From a virus: a stretch of 64,000 nucleotides of DNA. The notes under the pieces were generated by a model. That model did not search any database and was not told the origin of the DNA. It saw nothing but the letters and a program-made list of their open reading frames with translations. Location of the stretch: positions 1 to 64,000 of IMG/VR virus record IMGVR_UViG_3300024261_001362, one strand, 5' to 3'. Of this stretch, positions 31,666 through 41,365 are shown piece after piece. A program made the translations under genes and the position numbers. Numbering within the stretch: position 1 is the first letter of the stretch; each line of letters starts with the position of its first letter.

Positions 31666-32429
31666 AATTCAACCTCAATAAAGCGTTTAGATTTAGACGG
31701 AAAACTTTCCTTAATAGACTCTAAATGTTCAATAATATTATCAAGCAGTTTTTTAGTTCTGCTTAATGATGCAGCATTTAATGCTTTAACTCTTATAACA
31801 ACAAATCCTCTTGATAGCAATGTTCCATTTTTCTTCAGATCAAACTTTTCTTGTTTTCTTAAATGGTCATCTCCCCATATTGGTAGAAAATGTGATGGAC
31901 CGTCTACCTCTATTATAGTTTTCAAAGCAGGAATGTACATATCTATTTCTAATTTTTCTGTAGGAATTAAATTTTCGTTATGAAAGTCTACAGAATACCC
32001 TGCTGAAGATAATCCCTTCAAAATTTCTTTTTCCAGTTTTGATCCTTCTTTAGCTGTCCTACGAATTGCGTTGATTCCAGACGAGATCATTTTTTGTTTT
32101 TCTTCTTCTGATCTCGATTCCCATCTCTGTCGGGCTTCTTCTGCTCTTCTCTGCTTGACATCTACATCCATATCGTCCCAATAACCCTCCATACTACTGC
32201 TAATTTTTAATTTCTCAGCCTCCGTTCTAATTTTTCCCTTCGTTGGATGTGTAGATGTACCCTTTTCCAAAGAAGCCTTTTGAGCTTCACTGGCATTTCT
32301 GGTTTCAATACCATTTTTTATTAATGTTCTTCGGATTTTATTAGGGTATGTGTTTAGCTTTTTTGCTATTTCGTGTGTACTGTGACCATCTTCATACATA
32401 GTAATGATTTTATCATCTATTTTACTCAT
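31662..32429 (-). CDS. HTH + Vsr/DUF559-like PD-(D/E)XK endonuclease (homing-endonuclease-like)
   Basis: N-terminal HTH, NUMOD3-like linker (KGKIRTEAEKLKIS), LEIDMYIP..KTIIEVDGPSH nuclease motif. Confidence 0.7.
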   Translation of the reverse strand: MSKIDDKIITMYEDGHSTHEIAKKLNTYPNKIRRTLIKNGIETRNASEAQKASLEKGTSTHPTKGKIRTEAEKLKISSSMEGYWDDMDVDVKQRRAEEARQRWESRSEEEKQKMISSGINAIRRTAKEGSKLEKEILKGLSSAGYSVDFHNENLIPTEKLEIDMYIPALKTIIEVDGPSHFLPIWGDDHLRKQEKFDLKKNGTLLSRGFVVIRVKALNAASLSRTKKLLDNIIEHLESIKESFPSKSKRFIEVEL

Positions 32430-32872
32430 GTCAACACCTCTAATAATTCTATAGCATCAATTTGCTCAAATTGGTGTACGGGTTTCTTACCAGTGATTCT
32501 GTAAAATTCCTTTGCATCCTCTTCGTCTTCAGTAATAACATCAATAGTATTTGCTACTTCTAAAACTTTGAGTATATCTTTATCATCCCACCTATTGTAG
32601 ATATGGAAGAGTTTAAATTTGTTCACAATTTTGTTGGCACTAAATGCATTATTCAGTGATGTTGTGAATAATGTTCCCGTAAAGTTCCACATATCCGCAG
32701 CGTTAAACATTCCAAAAGATGGAATCGTAGGATTGTAATCAATATCATTATAAAACAGACTAGCATCCTTTATTTTTCTACGTCGAATACTGCTATTTAG
32801 AGTCTTGAAAATATCTATATTGCGATTTGCCGTATTTACTTTGTCTATATAAAAACCAATGTTCTTAAGCAT
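32426..32872 (-). CDS. Hypothetical protein (148 aa), possibly a degenerate GT-B half-domain
   Basis: Likely start MLKNIGFY at 32872 with RBS GGAGA, overlapping the fcl stop; alpha/beta pattern. Confidence 0.5.
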   Translation of the reverse strand: MLKNIGFYIDKVNTANRNIDIFKTLNSSIRRRKIKDASLFYNDIDYNPTIPSFGMFNAADMWNFTGTLFTTSLNNAFSANKIVNKFKLFHIYNRWDDKDILKVLEVANTIDVITEDEEDAKEFYRITGKKPVHQFEQIDAIELLEVLT

Positions 32873-33791
32873 GTTTATTCTCCATATACCATTTAATGGT
32901 TCTCTGTAGACCTTCTCTGAGGTCAATTTCAGCCTCAAATCCCAATCGTTCTTTTGCTCTTGATACATCTAAGCATCGACGAGGCTGACCGTCTGGTTTT
33001 GAGGAATCGTATAGTACTTCGCCATCATAGCCCATAATGTCTACAATCTCAGCGACCAAATCTTTAATTTTGATTTCTTTACCAGTGCCAATATTGATAG
33101 GCTCTGGAGAAACATTATTTGTAATAGCAGCAACAATTGCTCTGCCACAGTCACCAACAAATAAGAATTCACGAGAAGCTTCACCAGTTCCCCATAAAGT
33201 AATTGATGGATCACCATTTTCTATTGCTTGATGAACTTTCAAGATAAGTGCGGGAATTACGTGACTACTTGTTAGGTTAAAATGATCATGAGGCCCATAC
33301 ATATTTACTGGAATTAAATTGACACCATTAAAATCGTATTGCTCATGATATGCTTCCACCAGTCTCATAAGGGTCTTTTTAGCAATACCATATGGAGCAT
33401 TGGTTTCTTCTGGATAACCATTCCATAAATCTTCTTCCTTAAAAGGCACAGGTGTGAATTTGGGATATGCACAAACTGTTCCAAGTAAAATAAACTTAGG
33501 GACTTTTGCTTTCATCGCTGAGTGAATAATATTAGTTCCCATAATCAGATTTTCATACATAAACTTTCCGGGATTTTCCTGGTTTGCACCAATACCTCCC
33601 ACGCTTCCCGCAGTATGTATAATAACATCTGGAGCACTTCTACTGATAACATCATCAGTGCATCTAGCTTTACATAAATTATAAGGTTTACTACCTATTG
33701 ATCTGACTTGGCTACTGCCAAATGTTTCTTGTAAAATTTTGGTAAGGTTTGTGCCCAAAAACCCAGTACCACCTGTTAGTAATATTCTCAT
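32865..33791 (-). CDS. fcl: GDP-L-fucose synthase (extended SDR epimerase/reductase)
   Basis: ILLTGGTGFLG, AGSVGGIGAN, LGTVCAYPK, YGIAK, PVNMYGPHD, SHVIPALI, WGTGEASREFLFV, KPDGQPRR. Confidence 0.92.
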   Translation of the reverse strand: MRILLTGGTGFLGTNLTKILQETFGSSQVRSIGSKPYNLCKARCTDDVISRSAPDVIIHTAGSVGGIGANQENPGKFMYENLIMGTNIIHSAMKAKVPKFILLGTVCAYPKFTPVPFKEEDLWNGYPEETNAPYGIAKKTLMRLVEAYHEQYDFNGVNLIPVNMYGPHDHFNLTSSHVIPALILKVHQAIENGDPSITLWGTGEASREFLFVGDCGRAIVAAITNNVSPEPINIGTGKEIKIKDLVAEIVDIMGYDGEVLYDSSKPDGQPRRCLDVSRAKERLGFEAEIDLREGLQRTIKWYMENKHA

Positions 33792-33831
33792 TAATAATGT
33801 TCTCCTTCAACTCGGTTTATATTTGCTACAT

Positions 33832-34635
33832 TTACCAATAACATCCAAATTCCATTGTTCCGTGATAGGGAGGGACTTCATGTGGCATTGGTCTTATCCA
33901 ATCTTTTGTACCATACCAGTTATGTTGTTTGAACCCATCATCCCATCTCTTACCTCTTACACCATATAGTATTTGATTTCCCCCGCCGAGGTGGACACAC
34001 GGTTTCCCCATTGCTTTGATATGCTGACAGATATGTAGCGATAGACCTCCACATCCTACTGTCGCAAAATCAAAATCTAATTTGTCAATCTCGGATAACA
34101 TACTGTCCAGTTTCTGTCTCCAAGGTATTGGCTTATCACCAGTCCAATGCTCTGAGAATCTAGACGTTACCGTGGCTAACTCTTTAACTTTAGCCCCATC
34201 CCATATTTTATCAAATTTTTTGATTTGGTTTTTTATAGTGTCGGAGAAAGGAGATACACACAAGACCTTCTTATCAGATAGACTATGGTGCCATCCCTCT
34301 TTACCAAACACAAATGGTTCCAATCCTTCAAAATCATTAAATACATTTTTATTGTGTGTGACATTGTTTATAATTTCTTCATCTTCCTTTTGTGGAGACC
34401 ATTGTAAGATGTAGTCTAAGTCTGTCACGGCTTCTAGAAACGAAGAGCACCAATCGTTGAATTCATCTATACTGGGTGTGAAAATACCAGCACTTGAATG
34501 TAAAAATGAACCAAAAAGCCGAGGCTGATTATTTGCAAAACTGAGAGCGTGCATTGCTTCCACATTGCCCATTTTACCAAATGAAATAGGTTTGTTATCT
34601 ATGATTGAAGATTTTATTATTTGGTTTATATTCAC
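33832..34635 (-). CDS. Putative glycosyltransferase (GT-D/DUF1792-like)
   Basis: KKVLCVSPF, DFDFATVGCG, GKPCVHLGG..QILYGVRGKRWD; probable GTG start at 34635 after AAGGA. Confidence 0.5.
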   Translation of the reverse strand: MNINQIIKSSIIDNKPISFGKMGNVEAMHALSFANNQPRLFGSFLHSSAGIFTPSIDEFNDWCSSFLEAVTDLDYILQWSPQKEDEEIINNVTHNKNVFNDFEGLEPFVFGKEGWHHSLSDKKVLCVSPFSDTIKNQIKKFDKIWDGAKVKELATVTSRFSEHWTGDKPIPWRQKLDSMLSEIDKLDFDFATVGCGGLSLHICQHIKAMGKPCVHLGGGNQILYGVRGKRWDDGFKQHNWYGTKDWIRPMPHEVPPYHGTMEFGCYW

Positions 34636-34662
34636 TTTTTGTTCCTTCTGACCCAACGCCAA

Positions 34663-35277
34663 TTATTTTTTAGTAAAAATTAAATCCTGTTGAAATAACT
34701 TACCGTCTGGATATCTTCCTTCACCACAGAGTCCAGATATTTTATAGTCTATACTATCCATATATTTAACAACTTCATCTTGATCTGGAGAACCAATATT
34801 ATATTCCTCTAAAGAAGTTTCTAGACATATTACCTTGAAATTATCTATATATTCACTTGCTCCTTTTAAGATATCTAATTCTGAACCTTGAGTATCAATT
34901 TTGATAGAATCATAGGTTATATCTTGATCTTTTAGAATATCATCTAACATTGTGGTTTTTTTAACAATATAATTTTCTGGTAAATAGTAATCATTATTTT
35001 CTTTGTAATATGACGTGCCAGTACAAGTGTCATTATTTTTATTAAGGTAAAACTTTACTTCCTTTTCAACATCAGACAATATTGCAATTTTATGAGGTAA
35101 AAATTTTCTACTTAATTCTATTGAATTTTTTTCATTACCTTCTATACAGTAGACGTACAGTTCTGTATTAAATCTTTTTTGAGTTGTGGCCCAATCTCCA
35201 TCATGAGCACCAATGTCTAATAAATAGAAACATTGATTATCTATTAAAGTGGACCCTAAAATATCATGGCGAAACAT
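34663..35277 (-). CDS. FkbM-family methyltransferase
   Basis: LDIGAHDG, CIEGN, LDD, IKIDTQGSELDILKGA, QQDLIF. Confidence 0.85.
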   Translation of the reverse strand: MFRHDILGSTLIDNQCFYLLDIGAHDGDWATTQKRFNTELYVYCIEGNEKNSIELSRKFLPHKIAILSDVEKEVKFYLNKNNDTCTGTSYYKENNDYYLPENYIVKKTTMLDDILKDQDITYDSIKIDTQGSELDILKGASEYIDNFKVICLETSLEEYNIGSPDQDEVVKYMDSIDYKISGLCGEGRYPDGKLFQQDLIFTKK

Positions 35278-35315
35278 TATGACATCCTTTCACGCTTTGT
35301 TGTTGTTATTGTTTT

Positions 35316-36059
35316 TTAAAATTTAATTATACTCCCGTCTCCCCAGCCCGGAAGAAAATGATCGTGTCTAACAAAATACCAATTATTTTCAAGTATAAAT
35401 TTAAATTCTTTATTAAGCTTGTTAAGGTGGTAAAACGACATTCTGTGATCACAGTGGTCGATTCCCTCATTAAAAATATCCATGAAATTTAGATAGAGGT
35501 CTAAGTAGTGTTTGATGTGAGTAGGAGTTGAAGCTATAATCCCTGTAGTTACATGGTCTTTATGCATACGTGAGTCTGGGCTATAGCCATCGTATATAGC
35601 GTCATCATCTATTTGTTCTACAAACTTAGCGGTAGGTGCTACATCTGTTCTAGTCCAAACAGCTAAATCATATTCATCCATAAATTCTGACATCATCTCT
35701 CCAGATTTCCACCTAGAGTATAACATTGATTGAAATATATCGGAGGAAGCTGTTGCTTTAAGTGGTTTGCCGTTGTTGTTATCTAATATTTCTATTTTGG
35801 GAAACTCTTTTTGTTTTTCAAATAAATATTTTCTTGGTTTATAAAGGTCTAATATTTTCTTGTCAGTATCTGGCTGTACAACATCTGATGTTCGCGGGTT
35901 TCTATCAGAATATATTTTTAATTCTTCTCCAATATTTGATTCGTCAAACCACAGGTGGAAGAAATAATCTACTTCATGATTTGATAAGCTTTCAGATAAG
36001 TATTTGTGCCCAATATTAAAATGTCTTGGTTGACCACTTAAACATACTGCTATCTTCAT
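35316..36059 (-). CDS. Putative glycosyltransferase (KIAVCLSGQPR family)
   Basis: MKIAVCLSGQPR, DYFFHLW, SMLYS, YDLAVWTRTD; ATGA overlap with the upstream gene. Confidence 0.55.
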   Translation of the reverse strand: MKIAVCLSGQPRHFNIGHKYLSESLSNHEVDYFFHLWFDESNIGEELKIYSDRNPRTSDVVQPDTDKKILDLYKPRKYLFEKQKEFPKIEILDNNNGKPLKATASSDIFQSMLYSRWKSGEMMSEFMDEYDLAVWTRTDVAPTAKFVEQIDDDAIYDGYSPDSRMHKDHVTTGIIASTPTHIKHYLDLYLNFMDIFNEGIDHCDHRMSFYHLNKLNKEFKFILENNWYFVRHDHFLPGWGDGSIIKF

Positions 36060-36910
36060 GATAAATTCTCCCAAAAAAAGTGTAAGATATCATGTATTTT
36101 ATCTTTGTGATCTAAATATGGTACTGGGCAGTGAATATCCACATAGTTACTTTTTGTGTTTTTATCAAACTGACATCCTGTAGACCTGCATATTTTTTTA
36201 GAGGGATTACGTTTAAACGGTCTTTCAAATCCGGTAAATTTATCTAAGTAATTTTTATGTATTAGGGATGTCGTATAAATCTCTTCCCATGCCCATATGC
36301 CGTGCTGTCTGATCTCAGTTTCACCCCAGTGTCGTTGATCTTGTAGTTCTGCATAAGAAGCTCCAATTTTTTTACGGTGCGATCTCCACTGATCCAGTAA
36401 TGCTACAATGTGTGTTTCTAATGATAGATTCAGTTCTAACGCTTTTGTGAATGTAGATCCTTTTGCGACGTGGTAGTGTGCATTTAGATAAGACCTGTCT
36501 GGAGCAGGCCCGTCTTTTTTCCATATTCCTATTGGAACCCCAGTCGATTCCTCCGTAGCGTCTTCTGCCAAGTGTACATAGTGGTCGTCTGGAACATTAG
36601 AAATGTTATCAATAAAGTGTTCTCTTTGTAAAGGTATTTGATCTATATCTCCTATCATCCAAGTTGTGTCTGGTTCATTGCTGGTATAATGGAATTTATT
36701 AAATGCAAATTGAACTGTGGTTGGATATCCTTCTATATAATCAATCTCTATAATTTTCCCATACTCTTCACTTAAATCGCAGTTCTCTTTTTTGCCGTAT
36801 AGTAGCAGGACACAATCCATATCTAAAAACTTATTATGTATTTTAGAATTGATGTTCCAAAAATCGCTATATTGCTCTGTAGCACACCATATCACTTTAT
36901 CAATTTTCAT
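36056..36910 (-). CDS. Putative GT-A glycosyltransferase
   Basis: DxD motif in WMIGDIDQIPL, WEE, DIHCP; island context. Confidence 0.55.
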   Translation of the reverse strand: MKIDKVIWCATEQYSDFWNINSKIHNKFLDMDCVLLLYGKKENCDLSEEYGKIIEIDYIEGYPTTVQFAFNKFHYTSNEPDTTWMIGDIDQIPLQREHFIDNISNVPDDHYVHLAEDATEESTGVPIGIWKKDGPAPDRSYLNAHYHVAKGSTFTKALELNLSLETHIVALLDQWRSHRKKIGASYAELQDQRHWGETEIRQHGIWAWEEIYTTSLIHKNYLDKFTGFERPFKRNPSKKICRSTGCQFDKNTKSNYVDIHCPVPYLDHKDKIHDILHFFWENLS

Positions 36911-37778
36911 TATTCTTCTCTCTATTTATAGCTTCTAGTTTTTCTCTTAATAAACTTGTAAAACCATCTTTATCAGTGTTAATCAAAAAGTTTGGGTTGT
37001 CAACATATGTAAACATAGGAAACTGAGCGGTTTCCAAATTTTTTCGTGTTAGCGAGAGTAAATTATTCATATGTGCATACACTGCCTGTCCACCACCCTC
37101 ACCAATATGAATATTGAAAGCAGATCTTTTTAATATCTTCATATTCTTAATTATACATTCGAGATTATATAAACTTAATGAATCTTCATGAGTTAAGTCT
37201 TGTAAGTTTTTAATACCACCATTGATAATATCTTCGTATATAGAGAATGTTCCGTGCCAAGACAACTCTGAGCATTCAGTAAATTTTTTCTCTCCAATGA
37301 TTTTTACTTTTGTGTCGTAGTTATTAAATATGCTAAATAAGGTATCTTTTATTCCACTCCATGATTGATGTAGGTCTTTATCTATTCCTGTCATACACTT
37401 TGTATTCATCACGATATAGTTTTCTTTCTCACCTACATCACCAAATAGGTTGCTTGCTGAGTGAGATGGTAATGAGTTTTTGGGTGTGCCGAGAAGGGCG
37501 GCTATATCTTGTGCAAGGGTATCAGATATAATTTCTACGTTAGGTGTTCCTCCTCCTTCCTCTATTACTTTTACATTCGGAATATCGTTACATAAAAATT
37601 TTAATAAACTTAAAAGATCTTCAGCCCATGTTTTAGGATATTCAGGACGAATTACTTGCATAGTATCATAATCAAGAAACAGCTCAAAATTTATATTTGG
37701 ATGCCCCCTAAATACAACTAAATAGTCTAAAAACACTTGCATACCTGAATATACTTTTACTTTTTTAACAACATTCAT
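36900..37778 (-). CDS. Hypothetical protein, possibly GT-B (GT9-like) fold
   Basis: YIVMNTK...IIGEK...NIHIGEGG pattern; context only. Confidence 0.35.
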   Translation of the reverse strand: MNVVKKVKVYSGMQVFLDYLVVFRGHPNINFELFLDYDTMQVIRPEYPKTWAEDLLSLLKFLCNDIPNVKVIEEGGGTPNVEIISDTLAQDIAALLGTPKNSLPSHSASNLFGDVGEKENYIVMNTKCMTGIDKDLHQSWSGIKDTLFSIFNNYDTKVKIIGEKKFTECSELSWHGTFSIYEDIINGGIKNLQDLTHEDSLSLYNLECIIKNMKILKRSAFNIHIGEGGGQAVYAHMNNLLSLTRKNLETAQFPMFTYVDNPNFLINTDKDGFTSLLREKLEAINREKNNEN

Positions 37779-38235
37779 GTTTATCCTTATATTTTAGTGG
37801 GAAGTCCGTTAGTATAGCTAGGCATTTTTCATCGGAACACATATAATTATAGTACTCTGGCATAACTAAAACACAATTTTTATCTAAATTTTTAGTTGGT
37901 TTACAAAATAAATAGTTCTTTGAAGTTAATACATATTCATCGTCATCATGTCCGAAGTAATTTAATTCATTATTTGAATCATTCTGTCTTAGGTAACGCA
38001 TAACGTCTAAGTTTTTACAATGAATCCATAACTTATCTTTATGGGTGTATAAAAAATCTTCTGTCACATTATACTCTGGTCCGTCATGACCTAAAAATAG
38101 ACCATCATATGTATACCATAGATCCACTTCTACGTGGAATTCTTTGTTTATAGCATTAATAATATATTCTGGACTATTTTCTAATTCCGTAATTGGTCCA
38201 TCAATATTACCTCTATGAGCGATTAAAATCATCAA
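37765..38235 (-). CDS. Small GDPD/PLC-like phosphodiesterase-domain protein
   Basis: IAHRGN, ENSPEY, VEVDLW, LGHD, WIHCKN. Confidence 0.75.
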   Translation of the reverse strand: MMILIAHRGNIDGPITELENSPEYIINAINKEFHVEVDLWYTYDGLFLGHDGPEYNVTEDFLYTHKDKLWIHCKNLDVMRYLRQNDSNNELNYFGHDDDEYVLTSKNYLFCKPTKNLDKNCVLVMPEYYNYMCSDEKCLAILTDFPLKYKDKHECC

Positions 38236-38983
38236 ACCACCTCATCCAAAAAATATAATCTTCTACATCTCTAGGTACTCCAAGTGCCACATATGGACAT
38301 TTATATGCTTTTACTTTTAGTCCATCCTTGACCATATGTTCGACAGCTTGAGTAACATAAAATTCATTGTTGACCTTAATATCTTTATCTATTAAGAAAT
38401 TAAAATATTCCTTCATAGTACTACATCTTCTAAAGAAATAATTACCACTTGATCCTCCCTTGTTTGCATCTGCGAAATCTTCTTCTGTAAAGGAATGTTT
38501 TTCACGAACATTCGTCACGTTTAGATTTTCATCGTGCTCAACGAGACAGTAATAACTATTGCTTCTCCAATGTGGGTTTTTAAAGTCGTGGACTGTCATT
38601 CCGCCATCGTAGCCATCGAAGGCTTTGACCATATCACGTATAGTAGTACCTTGCAATGTGTCTATATAGCTAACTAATATTGGCTGATCGTCATCTAATT
38701 CTGAAAATATTTGTCTAATGGAGTAGATTGGGCCAAGGTTGTTATGAGGTATTGTTAGAACACAGGCATCTTTACAATATTTATGTATCTCATCTTTTAT
38801 CTTATAGTTTTCGAGATCTTCTTGTCTACATAAAAATATAGACTCGTAGTCATTAAAATCCTTAAACGAATTCACAAATGTTCCCACCATAGACATTCCA
38901 TTTATATCGGCAACTGCTTTGTGTGGATATCCGTTATCGGTAAATCTTTTACTATTTCCTGAAAGTGTAATTAAATGTATCAT
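38213..38983 (-). CDS. Sugar nucleotidyltransferase-like protein (BcbE-like)
   Basis: LSGNSKRF..GYPHK, SYID, VREK, SSGNYFF, VNNEFYV, LGVPRD. Confidence 0.7.
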   Translation of the reverse strand: MIHLITLSGNSKRFTDNGYPHKAVADINGMSMVGTFVNSFKDFNDYESIFLCRQEDLENYKIKDEIHKYCKDACVLTIPHNNLGPIYSIRQIFSELDDDQPILVSYIDTLQGTTIRDMVKAFDGYDGGMTVHDFKNPHWRSNSYYCLVEHDENLNVTNVREKHSFTEEDFADANKGGSSGNYFFRRCSTMKEYFNFLIDKDIKVNNEFYVTQAVEHMVKDGLKVKAYKCPYVALGVPRDVEDYIFWMRWFDDFNRS

Positions 38984-39696
38984 TTATTAACCTTTTTAAA
39001 TACTGATTTCATCTTGTGTTCTTCTCTCCAATGGGGCTTATCTACGGTTAACAAATACGAGTCTTTATGTTTGAATATACAGTAGTCTCCGTAATCGTAT
39101 GTATACAACCTACATCGTAGGTTATCAAATTTAGCAGAACTCATCTTTTCGTTAATAGTTGAATCTGACTTTTTGTAAATATTAATATCAAGTGGGAACA
39201 AAATTTCTCTAACAGCCGATGAATAAACTTGCGGTCCTGTTAATTCTAATATATTTTCTGTCGTTTCATTTTTAATATTGTAAACACATTTTTCGATTGT
39301 TCTTTCTAAAATGGGGTGTTCTTTACTAAACATTAAGCACCATTGAACGAATGTATCTTGATTCCCTTCTCTGCTGATTATAGCACGATCAGACTCTTTT
39401 ATTAGTCCATCAAGATTTTTATGTATGTGGGAATCTATATCTAAATAAATCCCTCCTTGTTTATATAGTATTAGATATCTCCATAGGTCTGATTTAGCTG
39501 CTCCTATATTTAGTTTTTCGTAGGTTGACAGCATGTCTTTATCGTAGTGTTGTTTGATAAAATAGAATATATCTTCGTCGTCATATAACTCATATTCATA
39601 TGACGGATTCAAAAATATCATTTCGTCCACATAATCTTTTACTCTATGCGGTAAGTTTTTAGTAACCCAAGTTTGATATATTTTTTTAGTTATCAT
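38980..39696 (-). CDS. GT32 (OCH1-like, DxD) glycosyltransferase
   Basis: KKIYQTW, AAKSDLWRYLILYKQGGIYLDID, LTGP. Confidence 0.85.
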   Translation of the reverse strand: MITKKIYQTWVTKNLPHRVKDYVDEMIFLNPSYEYELYDDEDIFYFIKQHYDKDMLSTYEKLNIGAAKSDLWRYLILYKQGGIYLDIDSHIHKNLDGLIKESDRAIISREGNQDTFVQWCLMFSKEHPILERTIEKCVYNIKNETTENILELTGPQVYSSAVREILFPLDINIYKKSDSTINEKMSSAKFDNLRCRLYTYDYGDYCIFKHKDSYLLTVDKPHWREEHKMKSVFKKVNK

Positions 39697-39733
39697 TTTT
39701 GCTCACAAATGGATATTTATTAATGTCCATTCC

Positions 39734-40690
39734 CTAATCTAGATATATTTTTTTGAATGTTTCCATTATCACACTAGGTATATATTCTCTATATGCGTTC
39801 CAGTCTTTGCCTTCTTGTCGTTTAAAATTAAGAAATATTTCTAATAACTGATCTTTATTGTCGTAGTAAATCCCTTTCTCTCCGAGGATTGATATGTGAG
39901 TTCTTTCTCTAGATCCAAACCAAGTGATAACTGCTTTATTTTTTGTTGAAAATTCTCCACAAGTTAGTCCAAAGCTTTCTCCTTCATGTCTAGCGTGTAT
40001 CATGGCGTCACAGCTATTTATAAATTTTGTTTTGTATTCCATATCTGCTGTTGGCTTTATGTGAATTATTCTTGGGTGTTCTATAAACTCATTTGTATTT
40101 TGAAAGATGAAGTATATATCATCTCTTTTTGATAGTGCTTCTATTATCACGTCTTCAACGAATGGTAAATTCCAAGTATTAAGACCTCCATTTCTACCAA
40201 ACACAATTGAGTTTTTTGGTATACCAAGCTCTGATCGTAAATCCTCTTTTAATTCTGGTAAATCTATCATATGAGGGACCGCTGGGATTTGTCCGCTGGA
40301 GCAATATTCACTAACCCAATATGAGTTGTAGGCATATACATCGCCATGTGATTCTGATGGTGGCACAAGACCCACAGCTTGCACTAACATTTTAGAATTC
40401 TTAAAGAAAACTCCATCGTCTTTTCTTCCTGCCTTTATTACGAAAATAGCATCTATATTTAATTCTTTTAATCTATCGTCTATGTCTGAAATAGATTTCC
40501 CAGAAAATACTCTATTTGTAAAACGTCTCTCAAATTTATCTATAGCTGTTTGATCATTTGCAGGATTATTTTCGCGGTAGAATATAAAGGATTCATTACC
40601 TAGAATTGATTCATTATAGTTTGCATAATCGTAAATAGCTACAGTTGTGCCCATCAAACAAAGGGAGTTGTCATAAAACGCAATCTTCAT
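39734..40690 (-). CDS. GT4-like (GT-B) glycosyltransferase
   Basis: GTTVAIYDYANYNESILGN, CDAMIHARHEGESFGLTCGEF. Confidence 0.75.
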   Translation of the reverse strand: MKIAFYDNSLCLMGTTVAIYDYANYNESILGNESFIFYRENNPANDQTAIDKFERRFTNRVFSGKSISDIDDRLKELNIDAIFVIKAGRKDDGVFFKNSKMLVQAVGLVPPSESHGDVYAYNSYWVSEYCSSGQIPAVPHMIDLPELKEDLRSELGIPKNSIVFGRNGGLNTWNLPFVEDVIIEALSKRDDIYFIFQNTNEFIEHPRIIHIKPTADMEYKTKFINSCDAMIHARHEGESFGLTCGEFSTKNKAVITWFGSRERTHISILGEKGIYYDNKDQLLEIFLNFKRQEGKDWNAYREYIPSVIMETFKKIYLD

Positions 40691-40692
40691 TA

Positions 40693-41364
40693 TTATTCTC
40701 CGTACTTTTTAATTAAATATTCTTCGGTGTGGATAGTTGTATTAAAAATTTCTGAGTTTTTATTTTGCTCTGCTAGAGATGGCTCGAACCAATAGTTATT
40801 AAGTTGGAATGTTTCTATTAGGTAATTAAAATAGTGGTCAGCAGCATCATTAGCATCATGGATATTATGGATCAATTTATTAATACAGTTTCTACTAATC
40901 ATAAATGCGTGTGTACATCTTGAACCATTCACCCTATAGACATTTTGGTGAGGAACTGCTTTTGCGTGTAGGTCACAACATGAACCAACCCAAGCCAAAT
41001 CCCAATTTTCTGGTAATTGACCTTTAAAGTTATTAAAAAGGTTTATGAAGTCTGGATGTAACTCAACGTCATCCTCTAGCATAAGTACAGACTCGTATCC
41101 TTGCTCGTATGCATCTTTAATCGCCCAGCAATACTTTAAGGTTAAGGATATTTCTGAAAGGTTGAGTTTAGTGTTTCTTGATGATGACCCAAAAATTTTA
41201 GGATACTCTTTTTGAACTTGGTCAATATCCCAAGTTTCCTTATCGAAGCATTCAACAAAATGATATTCATTTAAACCAAGCTGTTCCAGATGTTCAATAA
41301 CATACTTTTTTCTTTCTTTTAGCTTATTCCAGTGACATATGTATATGTGATCCACATCTATCAT
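40693..41364 (-). CDS. GT25-family glycosyltransferase
   Basis: IYICH..L.ERK, SEISL, VLMLEDD, CTHAFMIS, AAD. Confidence 0.75.
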   Translation of the reverse strand: MIDVDHIYICHWNKLKERKKYVIEHLEQLGLNEYHFVECFDKETWDIDQVQKEYPKIFGSSSRNTKLNLSEISLTLKYCWAIKDAYEQGYESVLMLEDDVELHPDFINLFNNFKGQLPENWDLAWVGSCCDLHAKAVPHQNVYRVNGSRCTHAFMISRNCINKLIHNIHDANDAADHYFNYLIETFQLNNYWFEPSLAEQNKNSEIFNTTIHTEEYLIKKYGE

Positions 41365-41365
41365 A

